Shown here: positions 1 through 21,700 of the stretch, one piece after another
How positions within the stretch are numbered: position 1 is the stretch's first letter
How the letters are laid out: each line of letters starts with the position of its first letter
DNA from: Neocallimastix sp. 'constans'
Taxonomy: Eukaryota
Reading direction: 5' to 3'
Assembly: GCA_050613775.1 (NCBI GenBank)
Contig: JBODTK010000121.1
Coordinates: 310,001-374,000, forward strand
Length of the DNA stretch: 64,000 nt
The notes under the pieces: model-generated
What the model saw: only the letters and a program-made list of their open reading frames with translations
Told to the model about the DNA's origin: nothing
Databases searched by the model: none
Translations under genes and position numbers: made by a program

Positions 1-2126
1 TTTATAAATTTTAATTTTTAAAATTTTTAAATTATTATAAATCATTATTTATTTATTTATTTATTTATTTTCCTATTTATTTATTTTTCTATTAATTATT
101 TTTTTTTATAGTTTTAATAGGTTTTTTTTTTTACCTTATATTTGTATAAATAATAATAATAACAATAATATATTAATTAAACTACATAATTCAATCTTAT
201 ACTCACTTTTTTTTATATTTATATATTGTATATTATTTTATATTTATATTTATATTTTATATTTTATATTATATAATTTTTTTTCTAATATAATCTAAAC
301 TTAATTTTATTAATTCAAAATAAATCGTAATTTAAAAAAAAAAATTTTTTTTTTATATAACATTATTTAAAATTAAATAAAAATAACAAATTTTTACAAA
401 AATAAAAATATTTAATTAAAATTTATATTATTATAAAAAAAAATTAAAAATGAAAATAAAAATAAAAAATAAATAAAAAATAAATAAAATTATCATACGT
501 GAGTCTCGAATTTTTAATTAATTATATCCTTATTAATATTATTCTATTTTTGATAAATATACTAAAAATATAAAAAAAATTTATGTCTTAAATAAAATCG
601 TAAATGGTATACATTAAAATATTAAAGATAAAAATTAAAAAAAAAAAAAAAAAAAAATCCAGATCTATCTGTAAAATATATGGATCAATATAATTCATTT
701 ATTTACTTATTTTTGTAACTATATATATAATTTAATTTATTATATATATATATTGGAAAATTATTTTAATTAATAGTATACTATTAATAATAATCATTTA
801 AAATTTTTTAATCCTAGTTCACTTTTATTTAATATTTAAATTAATTTAAGTAATAATTTTTATTATTATCAGGGGTGATATATGTCAATGGAGATATATA
901 TAGGAATATTAGGGAATACAGCCCCAGGCAGAAATGTGTAACGACGTGTAAAGGGGCGATGCTGTACTAGTATGCCAGTATATCGTATTAAACAGTTGCA
1001 TTTGTTATGACCATAATGGGAGATGTGTACCCAATTTTTTATATTTTTAGTATATATATCTAAATTATTTATTATCAGGGAATATTTATTTTATAAATAT
1101 ATTTTAATAAGAAAAGATGTCTTTTAAAAATTAAATATTTTATATTAGATAATATTTTATTATTGTTTTTTTTTTTTTTTTATTAATTTATATATTGGAA
1201 ATGAAATGATTTAACAATAAAATATAACAGTTATAAATATACAGTATACATTTATATATATATATATATATAAATTTTTTCAATTTTATTAAATGAAACA
1301 AAATTATTTTTTTTTTTTTTTATTTATATTATTTTAATATCATTAAATTTATTCTATAAAGATTAAATAAAAGTAATATATAAAGGAACCAGTAGAATGA
1401 ATTAAAAATATATATATATATATATTTAAGATTATTAATTTTTTATTTATTAATCTTTATATTTATTTATTCATTTTAAATTTTAATTTTATTTATTAGA
1501 AATTTTATATTTTTTGTTGTTTTAATTTTTATTTTACTTTTTTTTTTTTTTTTTAACATCTAATTATATTATATATTGCTTAAAATAAAATCTTAAATAT
1601 TATAAAATTCTATTTCATTTTTATTTTTTATTCTTAAAGTTTATTCTTAAAGTTTTTTTTTTTTTTTTTTTATTTTTTTTATTTTTTATTTTTTTTATTT
1701 TTTTCATTTTTTTTTTATTTTTATGATTTTATTTTATTTAATTTTTTTATTTATTTATTTTTAATTTTTTATTTATTTTAAATTTTTTTATATATTTTAA
1801 AAATAAAACATAATAAAAATAAAATAAGAGATAAAAATTAAAAATCCATATTTTAATTTGTTTTAATTTTTAATCTAATTTTTATTCTTATTATTTATAT
1901 ATATATATATTTTTTTTTTAATTTTTTATATTTTATTTTATATATATAATAATTTTTAATAAATATTTTTTATTTATTAATAAAAGAAAATATAAATAAA
2001 GAAAAAAAATTTTCATATTAGAATATTTAATAAATAAATTAAAAAAAAAAATCTAAATAGATAAATTTTATCATAAATTATTTATATCTATTAAATAATA
2101 TCAATATATATATATATTTTATATTT

Positions 2127-3533
2127 TTATGGATGATAATCAAATGACTTTGAAATTTTGCCATTAAAATATGGTTTATATTCTGACTTTCCTAAACTAT
2201 TTTTATAAATGACGTTATTATTTGAATTTTTTATCATATTCATGTAATATGATGAATTATAGGAATTATCATTCTTTTGATTAATAATATGCTTTGAGTA
2301 TTTTTCATTATTATAATACATTGAATTATTATTTGACATTGAATTATTATTATTATTATTATTATTATTAGCTGAATTAATTACAAATGGATTTTGATAG
2401 CTTTCACTACCCTTATTATTCATTATATTTTCATTAAATAATAATCCAGTATTACTATTATTATAAGTAATTGATGAATTCATAGTTGTTGAACTTATAC
2501 CATATGAATTTGAAAATTCATTTTCAGAGTAATTTAATGATTTATATTCATGATTATAACTATCATTATAATAAGTTTTTGATTTAATGTGAGACTTACT
2601 AGTAGTGGACACAGTCATAAGTCTTTTATTACTACGCTCAGCATAACGTCTAATCAAAATTTGGTCAATGAACATAAAGGTATAATTTAAGTTACAAGCT
2701 ACTCTTCTAAGACTTTCTAATGAAAAATCAACAGTATAATCACAGAAATCTTTCTTACATTTTCTGACATTAATATAAAGGAAGAAGAATATAAAGGGTA
2801 AATAAATAGTAGAGGCAGCCATAGAAAGAACAATACGGAATTCAGAAATTCTTTGGAATTTTTCCAAAAAGTTGTGTCTTCCAGAGTTTTTGAATTCTTT
2901 AAGTCTATTGAAAAGACAAGTTTTTAAGGCGTAGATAACAGATACATCATATATACAACTTGTTACTTGCATTATAGCAACAATTGACCACCATCTAATC
3001 TTGAAATCTACAGTTTTAGGATTTGGAATCATTTTTTCTTTATCAGCATATTCTAAATCAACATCGTAATAATAACAGAACATACCTACTACTTTAGATA
3101 AGTTATAGATTAAACATGTAATGTATACATATTTTAATTTTCCATTACTATTTGTTACAGCCTTAGTTCTAAGTAATGGATACCAATCACCTATTATTTC
3201 TCCAAGTGTAAAAACAATATTACTTAAACCATATGAAACATACCAAATTGTCATACTACATGGCCAAGAATAGTTCACTTTATCTGTTGGTAAAATATAT
3301 TGCAATTGATAGAAAATATCACCAAAATATCTAACAATAAAGTGAGCAATTAAAATTAAAATAATAGGTTTTTTCCAATTTTGACTATTTAAGGCTATAA
3401 TAACAATAACCCATGCGAAAAGATCACTTCTAAGATGAGGTGTTGCAATTTTTTGATAAGTATCATATTTATTCCATTCTGTATTATAAAAATTAATTTT
3501 ATCTGCTTCCATATAATCAAGAATAGCTTGCAT
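2127..3533 (-). CDS. Multi-pass (about 7 TM) membrane protein, GPCR-like, with Asn/Ser-rich C-terminal tail
   Basis: 468-aa intronless ORF with about seven hydrophobic segments (e.g. DLFAWVIVIIAL, PIILILIAHFIVRYFGDIF, GEIIGDWYPLLRTKAV, WWSIVAIMQVTSCIYD, FRIVLSMAASTIYLPFIFFF, NLNYTFMFIDQILI) then a low-complexity tail. The GPCR label is inferred from topology only. Confidence 0.75.
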   Translation of the reverse strand: MQAILDYMEADKINFYNTEWNKYDTYQKIATPHLRSDLFAWVIVIIALNSQNWKKPIILILIAHFIVRYFGDIFYQLQYILPTDKVNYSWPCSMTIWYVSYGLSNIVFTLGEIIGDWYPLLRTKAVTNSNGKLKYVYITCLIYNLSKVVGMFCYYYDVDLEYADKEKMIPNPKTVDFKIRWWSIVAIMQVTSCIYDVSVIYALKTCLFNRLKEFKNSGRHNFLEKFQRISEFRIVLSMAASTIYLPFIFFFLYINVRKCKKDFCDYTVDFSLESLRRVACNLNYTFMFIDQILIRRYAERSNKRLMTVSTTSKSHIKSKTYYNDSYNHEYKSLNYSENEFSNSYGISSTTMNSSITYNNSNTGLLFNENIMNNKGSESYQNPFVINSANNNNNNNNNSMSNNNSMYYNNEKYSKHIINQKNDNSYNSSYYMNMIKNSNNNVIYKNSLGKSEYKPYFNGKISKSFDYHP

Positions 3534-6500
3534 TTTTATATATATATATATTTTTTTTCTTATATTATTATTTAAATTATTCTATCTATTATTATTTAAA
3601 TTATTCTATCTATATTTTTTAATTCTATTTTTTTTTTTTTTTTATTTTAATTTATTAAGTTTCTATTAATATTTTATATTTTATTTTTCTATTATAAAAG
3701 GTAAAATAATAATAATAATAATAGAAAGAAGAGAATTATACACATACAAAAATAAAATAAAATAAAATAAAATAAAAAAAAAAAGAAAGAAAAAACTTTT
3801 ATTTTTATATATTTATTATTTTTATAAAAATTTTTAGAATCAATAAATAAAAATATTCATCTAAGTAACTAGAAATATTACTGCTATATTATTGATTTTA
3901 ATTTATCATAAAACATATTTTTAATAAATATTCATAACTAGTCAATTTTATTCTTTAATCTTATTTATTATTTTATTTCATTTTGTTTAATTTAAATATG
4001 TTTTAAGATTAATTTTTTTTTTTTTCTAGATAACAAAAACATATATATATATATTAAAATATATTTTAAACAGCATAATTTTTATTACAAAATTTTTTAA
4101 TTATTATTATTTAAGATTCATATTAATTTTGTTTTATATTACATATCAAATATTACCTAGATCAATAATAAAAAAAAAAGATTAAATAATAAAAAATTAA
4201 TAAATATATATTATCAAATAATTTTATTATTAATTAATTTATTGAAATAACATTAATTAATATTTTTTTTTTTAAATTTTATCTAATTAAAAAAAAAGTA
4301 TAAAATAATAAATTAATATAACTTTTATATTTATTTAAAATTGAAATTAATAGCTAATTATAAATCTAATAATTTTAATAATTGATAAAATTTAATATAA
4401 ATTAAAGCATAGTCTTTTCATTTTTTTGTAATAAGAAAAAACAAAAAAAAAAAAAACAAAAAAAAAAATGAAAAGTTCATTAAATAGAATTTAAATTAAA
4501 TATATATTGATATACATAAATTTTAATATATACTATAATTTATGTATATATCAACATTTCTGTAATTGCGGTATTTCCTAAATTATAAATTGTGCTACAA
4601 TAAAAAATAAACAAATATTATTACGTTATGTATCACATATCAATATAGATTTTAATATAAATCATTATGAATTAAATTTAATAATAGTTTATTATTGTTT
4701 TTTTTTTTTTTTTTTTTTTTTTTTGGAATTATATTTCTTATCTTTTATATTAAAATTAATAAAAATTTTAAGTTAAAATAAAGAGATAATTAATTAATTT
4801 TTTTTTGTTATTATTAAATGTATTATATTTTTGTCATGAAAAAAAAATTGTTCGTTTCATTTTAATTTATTTTATTTAATATACATACAATTTTCTAGAT
4901 TTTTTTTTTTTTTTGTTTAAATCACATAATAAATAAATAATTCTTTTTTATTTAATTTTTAAATTAATAATATTTTTTTAATATTATTTTATTACATTGT
5001 CTTATCATTACTTACTAGACCTTTTTTAATTTTTAATTCTTTTTATATATATTTTTTTTTTAATTTTTTTATAATTATTTTGTTTTAAAATCTTTAAATT
5101 ATTTTTAATTATTTAATTATTTAAATATTACTTTATATTACATTAATATATTATCCATATAATCAATATTTATATATATATTTTAATATAATTGAAAAAA
5201 TACAATTAAATATAAATAATTATAAAATAGAGTATTAGTTGAAACTAATAAACATAAAAAAAATTATAATAATAATAATAATAATAAAATAAAATAAAAT
5301 AATGACATATTTGATTATATATTATATAAATATATATTTGTTTAATACTATATATAATTCATAACTAATTTAAATTTATGCTTTTTTTTTTTTTTTTTTT
5401 TTTTTGATAACAAAAAGTAACAGAAATATAGAAATAAAAAATAATTTATATAACATCTTTGGAAATAATATATTTTAAGCCCTTCATAATTAAAAAAAAA
5501 TAAAGATATGTTTTACATATATTAAAAAAAAATATTTTAAATATATAATTATAATATAAATAAAGATGGCATATATCTTAACGTTGTACAAGCATATTAC
5601 TTATACACTTGTTATAATTATGTTTTATAATAATTTTGTTTCATTTTTAATTTCTTGTTTTCAATTAAATATTTTAATTAAATAGTGAGTTTTTTTATAT
5701 AAAATAGTTATTTTTCCCCTTTATGGCTATTTTTGAGGAGATTTTTTAACATCTATTTTCATAAAAATGAAAAATTCAATCTATATTAATACTATGTTAT
5801 AATATTCATAACTACATAAAAAAAACATATTAATTTTATTCTATTATTATTTTAATAATTTTTAATGAAAATCCAATCTTTTCTTCAAAAAAAATAAATA
5901 AATAAAATTTATTCTATTATTATTTTAATAATTTTTAATGAAAATCCAATCTTTTTTTCAAAAAAAAAAAAAAATAAAATAAAATAAAAATGAACATTTC
6001 AAAAAACAAATAAATATATATATATTAAAATTTTTAATATTGCCGCAATTAATACTTTTTTCTTAAAAAAAAAAAAAAAATTATTAATATCATGAATTGT
6101 TTTAGAATATAAAAAAAAAATTATTTTCATATATTTTTATTTTATTTTATTTATTATTAAATTAATAATATATTAAAGTTCCATATGAAATATTAAATAA
6201 ATAATAACAAATAGAAATAATATATGAAATTTTAAAATTTTCTTTAAAATAAGATCATCAAAAAGGAAAAAAATTAAAATAGCATATATTATACTAAAAA
6301 AAAAAAAGAAATATATAAAATACAATTTAATAAAAAAAAAAAAATTGTACTTATAGTACAAAAGTACAAAACATTAAAAAAGAATTGATTTATTTAGTTT
6401 TCTTTTTTATATTCATATTTTTGTTTATTTTTATTTTTATTTTTATTGTTTATTTATTTATTTGATATTAAAAAAAAAAAAAAAAACGTGAAATCATTAA

Positions 6501-7812
6501 TTGAATTATATTTAATGAATAAGACATAAAACTTTATTAAGTTTTTTTTTTTTTTTTTTTTTTTAACAAAAATATTATAAATTAATTATAGAAGTTAATT
6601 TTTATTTAATTTAAATAATTTTCTTTTAATGTATAATATTTAAATATTGTAATTAATAATATTTGAAAATAATATATATAATATTAATAAAGCATAGTAA
6701 ATTTTGTGGATTGAGGTTAATTTTTATTTTATTTTTACCATCTGAAAATTAGTTTATACATGTAAAATCTAGAACAAAGATATAAAGCAAGGAAAAAAGT
6801 AATTAGAAATGTATTCACAAATTTTTAAAAAATTAATAAAAAAATAAAAAAAAAAAAAATAAATTAATTATTAGTATTGTTACCATTATTATTTTTTTTT
6901 ATCTTTATTTTTTTATATCTTTTTACATTTCATTTTATTACGTTTTTTTTTTTAATTTATAACAATAACTATAAAGAAATATTTTTATAATTATTAGTAT
7001 TATTATAATTTTCTTTTAATTTATATAATGATAGATATGGTTACCATTAATATTGTTTTATTTTTTTTTTTTTTTTTTTTTTTTTGTTTCTCAATTTTTT
7101 TTTTAATTCATATAATTCTTTTTAAGAAATATTATATATATTATATTTTTTTTTTTTAATTTATATTATCCATATAAAGAAATATTATTACTATTATTAA
7201 AAAATAATTTACAAAATAAAATTATCAAAACCTAATTCATCAAATAGTAATGATTCAAATAATATTTTCATCATTACACGTGATAAGATTTCACATAAAT
7301 CTTCTTCTGAACAAATAGATAATAATTACATGGTCAATTAAATAATATTAATGTTATACATAAAAATATTGAAGCTTTTAATAAAATTATGGAATATAAA
7401 AATTTTTCATAAATGGTTAATTATTTTACTAGAATTAATATATATACATTTACATTTGAAATGATAATAAATATATAAATAAATAAATAAATAATAATAT
7501 TAATAATAAATAATGAATAATAATAAATAAATAGTAATAATAAATAGTAAATAATAATAATAAATAAATAATAATTAATATTATATCAAGGATTTAGGGT
7601 TCTATATAAATATAACTAAATTCAAAACACTTTTGATTCGACCCCATTGATATATCAAAATTTCTTGGTATTCCCTTATGAGTTTTACTGGAAATTTAGA
7701 GTAACGATGTTTAAAAATACAATTATTTTTTTTTTTTTTTATTTTATTTTTTTTTATTATCTTTTATTTTTTTATTATTTTTTTTATTTTTTTATTTTAT
7801 TTTGTTTTTTTT

Positions 7813-7849
<37 letters not shown>

Positions 7850-8256
7850 TTTATTTTAATTTTTTTTTATTATCTTTTATTTTTTTATTATTATTATTTT
7901 TTTTATTTTATTTTTTATTTTCATTTGTTTTCACTTATTTTCTTTTATTTTTTCACAATATGGATTCCGGGTTTAATTAAAAGAGACATTTATACGAGTC
8001 AAGTTCAATTAACGGTTTGGTTCAATGTTGATCTTGAATAATTGTATCATTGCCTCATCTCCAAGATGGTTCAAGATGACTATTGAAAGATAACATTCAT
8101 TAATTGTGCTATTATAGTAAAGAAACTTTCTAAATTAGCTTTACCTAGAGATAAAGAGTATCGACACCAAAATGTTTTTAAGGCAATTAAGTTAAATTAG
8201 TTACTACCATACTTAATGGAAATCTTATTTAATTTTTCTTTAGTTCTCATATTTTC

Positions 8257-8342
<86 letters not shown>

Positions 8343-8414
8343 TCTATAAAATATACTTGATTTTTATATATATATATATATCTTGAAAGCTATAATAATA
8401 ATAATAATAATAAC

Positions 8415-8461
<47 letters not shown>

Positions 8462-8880
8462 TTATACATTCAAATTTTTAAATGAAAATTTTAAACTCCC
8501 AGTGAATATCATTATAGTTTAATAGTGTATGAAATATTAAAATCGATTGCTAAATCTTAATAAATCAAAAGATATTTATTAACTTTATAGAAAAAGACTA
8601 ATATAATCATAATTTAAATATGGTAAATAAGTTTACTACCCTTAATGGAAAAAAATAAAAAATTCAATATCAAAATTCTGTTTGATAAACATGATATAAC
8701 CTTTAGTGAAAAAATATAGTCAATTCATTTTACAATTGAACAACATTAGTTTATTTAATTCATAAGTCTTTTGTAATTCTTTAAAAATATAAAGAAAATC
8801 ATTTATAATAATTCATTATGCATTATATATATATATATCTCCTCACACACTTACTTTACTACATAATATATTCAAGCTTT

Positions 8881-8913
<33 letters not shown>

Positions 8914-9513
8914 CCATAATATCAAAATTAATTTTTATTTTTATTAAAATACTTAAATGATTTTTATTATTACCATTTATTTTAATTTGTTATTTTAATA
9001 TTAGATTTTAACATTATCTTGTTAGTTTTTGTTTATATAAAATGAATAAATAAATAATAAAAAAATAAAATATACATTATTTGTGAAAATTTTATTAATT
9101 ATTTCTATTTCTTACATTATTATATTAAATTTTGATAACTTTTTGTTACTTAATATACAAAAAAATTATAATAATAAACTCTTAATGATATATAATGAAA
9201 ATATTTGTAATAACAAATATCAAGTTATATTTTATCCAATAAATAAATTAAACATTTTATATTATTATTATATATATATATATGTTTTTTTTTTTTTTTT
9301 TTTTTTTTTTTTGTTAGTTGAATAAAAATTTGTTAGAATAGAGTTATAAACAATTAATAAATGAATAAATATTTATAAATATTGTTACTCTTTCTATTGT
9401 TAACATTATTAATTATAACTTTTTAAAAATTATATATTATTCAAAAATTAATATTTTTTTTTATTAAGTGATATTGGTTTATACATTTATTATTTATTTT
9501 TTTCGATCTTTTT

Positions 9514-9546
<33 letters not shown>

Positions 9547-9761
9547 TTTATTTAAATAAAAAATATATATTAATATATTTATAAATAAATAAAATTATAA
9601 TAAATCATAATAGATTCTATATTTTCAATGAAATAAATTGAATTATTCATATTTTGTTATTTTGAATTAAAAAGCCAAATGTCATTTCTTTATACTTATT
9701 ATTATTATTATTATTTTAATATATTATAATAATATAATGTAATAAATAATTATTCATAGTT

Positions 9762-10366
9762 TTACATTGAAACTATGTACTCAATTTTATTACAATATTT
9801 ATTTTCAAAATTATTATTATTACAATAGACATCAAAATTTTTCTTTCTACAAACTTCTTGATAAGTCTTGTAATAGCATGGTCTACATTCTTTTATATTT
9901 TCATTATTTTTTGTTACTTCATGGAAACATTGTTTGACATATATTTTTTCCCAATTACCATTCTTAACTTTATACTGAGTTTTATTTTTTTCTGTTTTAG
10001 TTTCTATCACTGTATTTTGTATTTTATTATTAATATTATTATTATATTTATTATTTTATAAAAAAAAATAATAGGAAGAAAATATATAAATATAATAAAT
10101 TTAATAATATATTTTATAAATTTTTATTATTATTATTTTTTTAATTATTAATTCTAATTAATAATTTCTAAAATTGAATTTCAAATCTAAAAAGTCTATT
10201 TATTATAATAATATATATATATAAAATTACATGTTGCGTTTGCGCAATATACTTTATAATTATTATCTTCACAAATATCTGTTGTTATCTTTTGTGAAGT
10301 AATACGTTCATAACTGTTAAATATACAGTAACATAAAAATAATAGAACTAAATATAAGAATTTCAT
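9762..10366 (-). CDS. Small secreted cysteine-rich protein, two exons (10366-10231 and 10009-9762), about 127 aa
   Basis: ATG at 10366 gives signal-peptide-like MKFLYLVLLFLCYCIFNS...YCANAT. Donor GTAATT at 10230 and acceptor CAG at 10012-10010; the phase-1 join (T+TG) runs in frame into the 9762..10010 ORF (IETKTEK...). Internal repeat DICEDNNYKVYC / EVCRKKNFDVYC. Confidence 0.7.
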
Positions 10367-11140
10367 TTTTCAAGTTTCTTAAATTATGATTTTACTTTTT
10401 TATTTTATTTATTATTATTATTATTAATTATTTTTTTTTTAATACTATTTTTTTTAAAAAAATTTATTTTTATATTAATTAGTTATATTAATATTTTTAA
10501 TTATAAATATATAAATAAATATATAAAAATTTTAAAGATTTTTAATATTTATTAAAATTTATATATATAAATAAATAAAAAATTTATAAAAAAAAAAAAT
10601 TAGTTAATAATATTATAAAATTCTTTAATTAAAGGTTCAAAAAAAAAAAAAAAAAAAAAAAAAAATAGTCAATGTTGCTATTAAGTCTTAATTTAAAAAT
10701 ATTATTTCTCTAATATTTAATTTATAAGATAAGAAACACTTATTTTATATATATTCTATATAAATTTTGGAATATTTTAAGTATATAAAGACCCTTTAAA
10801 AAAAAAAAAATAAAATAAAATAAAAATTTTTGAAATATTATATTATTTAATTATTTAATTATTAAAATTAATGTTTTATCAAAAATTAACAAGTTTCAAA
10901 ATAAAAAAAAAAAATTAATATATACTTTTTTATTTAAAATTCAAAATTATTAAAACTATTATTCTATAAAAAATCTTTATTTATCTTATTATTATATTAT
11001 TATGTGGCAAATCCTTTGTACAATAAACAAATAATTATCAATTATCAATTATTACCATTATTAAATTGATAATTTTGCATTAATGTATTAAATTTATACG
11101 TAATATAACATACATTAATGTATTTATTTTATTTTATTTT

Positions 11141-11171
<31 letters not shown>

Positions 11172-11269
11172 AACTAGGAATAAACTTTATTTAATAATAT
11201 TTATTAAAAAAATACATATGAAAACAAAATACATGAATTTTTATAAATTAAAATTAAAAAACTACATTT

Positions 11270-12978
11270 TTAGGACGAAATGGCCCCTAGTTCTTCCCAT
11301 TCATAGATCATAATACTTTCTAGATAAAAACTTTCATTTTAATCGGTATCATAATTTTTTCTTTTCCTTAATCGTTTCAACATCGATGTTCTTGATAACA
11401 GTAGATAATACAAATTGATCATAGGTGTAAAATCACTAATCACAATAGGAGTAACATTAGTAAGGAATTCCCCAAGCCCCACAAAACATGAAATGAGAAA
11501 AAAAAAAAAAAAAAAACTCTCAAAGGTGATTAAAAGATATTATTAATAAATCATCTTCTTTTCCATGAACCAATCTTTAAGACCTAAATATACTGCACTT
11601 CAGCCAAGAAGGAGACAGAGTACATAAAAATTAATATTATCATCAAAATCTTCCTCTTTATCATAAGAAATATTCAGTGATTTCTCATGAACAATTCGAG
11701 AAAAATTAATAAAAATTTCATGGACAAATTGAATTAATTGTTGCCTATATTCTTCAAATTTAGGACATAAAAGTATTTACTGTGTAAAACCAAATATACT
11801 GTATGAATAACATGATACCGTTGGTATATTTTTGACTAAATGAGAAATAATACAAGAAGGTTCTTTCCACTTTTTAGAGCATCAAATCATCGCCTTAGCA
11901 CAAAAACTAGCTAGAGGAGATGTAAATAAATTCCTTAGACATATTTTATATAGTATTTATTTCTTTTTTATTTTTAAAGCCAAAACTGTAAAACAAACCT
12001 CGATTAAAAGTAGAATGAGCTTTTTCAATGTTCTTTTTTTATTTAATTCTAGAAAAGGAATATAATATGAAAGAACTGAACTAAGAACAAAGAAAACTAG
12101 AATACGAGTTTTTAATTTTTAAAGTAGAAAAGTATGTTCCTATTGGTTAAATATCTAAAGAAAGAGTTAACCGTATAATTTATTTTTACAGTTTATCTTA
12201 ACACTAATTAGAATTAATTCAATGATTCATTTGAAAGGTATTTCAAGATATGTACATTGATTAGTGTTCGGTTGATAGTTCATGCCAAGCATAAATATAG
12301 GATTTTCATAATATCATGAAGGTATAAAGTTCTTAGGATTAGCAACAAGTGTAGTACATTTACTAATTCCAAAGTTCACATTCATTTTTGATAACCCAAT
12401 CATGAGCTTTATTTACAAAGGTTTTTAAGAGAGGATTTTGTATGGGCCAACAAAACAATGTCAGCATTTACCGATGGAATGAATCAAATTTTTAAATTTA
12501 ATTATCTTAGTATTCCTCTTAATATTAATGAAGTGATCAGAAAGAGTCCTGTATTCTTTGGAGAAATCACAGAATATTTGAAGAATGGATAAATCACTTT
12601 TAAGTTTAAAATTTTTAAACCTTTTATAAAAAAATTATTAATCACAATTCTAAGAATAAGATTCTTTAAGTTGCTATTTAGTCATGTTGAAATTGGCAAT
12701 AGTATTAGAAGGGTTATTCATATGATTCATGAGCCAATTAATAAAACCAAAATCAATTTTCGATTTATCTCAAAAGTCTTTGTTTACTGATAGTATATAT
12801 CTATATTCTAAATTATCATTAATGAATTGGCATGAATTGTGGATACCAATATTTAAGCTACCCATACCAGGGATTTTCATGTCTGTATATGATAATAGTT
12901 AACTCTTTGGATGAAATAGTTTTCCTTATTATTATAATGTTTTTTTAACCTTTCCTTAAATAATTTTGTTACAATTTG

Positions 12979-13015
<37 letters not shown>

Positions 13016-13130
13016 TTAAGAATTCTCATAGTCTACTTTCAGTCCAAGATTCAAAGTCATGAATGAAAATTAAAATCAAATTTTTTATTATCAGAATCAA
13101 TATGTCTCAGACTTCTAGGGTCAATAGTTT
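11270..13130 (-). mobile_element. Decayed non-LTR retrotransposon (LINE) remnant
   Basis: Minus-strand translation around 12230-12470 gives, across frameshifts and stops, ADIVLLAHTKSSLKNL..AHDWVIKNE.NFGISKCTTLV..NPIFMLGMNYQPNTNQCTYLEIPF, matching LINE RT domains 5-7 (ADD..., KC, YLG). Boundaries approximate. Confidence 0.7.
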
Positions 13131-13413
13131 TAAATAAAAGCTAAGCTATTTTAATAATAAAAAAAAAATTAACATAAAAATAAATTAAAAAATTATTAAA
13201 TGAATTCAAAAAAAAAAAAAAAAAAAAAAAAAAAGAAATAAATAAATTCTTTGCAGTGGTTTTTTCTTTCGAGATACTTTATATATATATGTATATAGTG
13301 TGTATTTATTTCACAAAAATTCAAATTGTAATTTAACAGTTTTAATTGTAAAAAAAATTTTGTATAAAATTAAGTTTTAATTTTTTATGATTCTCTAGGA
13401 GATACGTCCCTGA

Positions 13414-13449
<36 letters not shown>

Positions 13450-14057
13450 TTTTAGTAATAATAGTTTTATTATTTTTTTTTTTTTTTAATTTTTTTTATA
13501 TATTTTATATAAATTTTATTTATTTATTTAAAATTTTTCTTTACAATAAAAAAAAAAAAACTAATAAGCAAACCAACAAAAAATAATAAATCAATAAAAA
13601 AAAAAAAAAAAAAACTAGTAAATAAAATAAAATACAAAAAATTATTATTATTTCTTTTATAATAAATATTTATATATATATTTATTATATCGAAATTGAA
13701 AGGATGATGAAATTATAAATATTAATAAAATTATAAATTAATATATATATACATAATATTAATATATTATTATTATTATTTTTTTTTTTTTTTTTTTTTT
13801 ATAAAATTTCTTTAAAATAATTTAAAATATTTATTATGAAATTATATATATATTTAGCCAAGATAGAATTTTTAAAATGTCTTTTTTTTTTTTTATATAT
13901 ATATATATATATAATTAAAAAATTTTCTTTTTCTTTTTTTTTTTATTTTTATTAATGTAACTTCATAAAGTATAAAGAAGATATTATCTCCATTAAATTT
14001 TAATTTCAATACTCAAGATTCGCTCTTCTTATATATCTCAGTATTAATGTTATTAAA

Positions 14058-21700
<7,643 letters not shown>

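Noticed and set aside
5834..5960. Short tandem duplication of an AT-rich segment
   Set aside because: Ordinary local duplication in intergenic DNA with no further structure.
7960..8860. Possible highly decayed gypsy gag/integrase fragments on the minus strand
   Set aside because: Only vague peptide resemblance across many stops and frameshifts; not supportable without a translated search.
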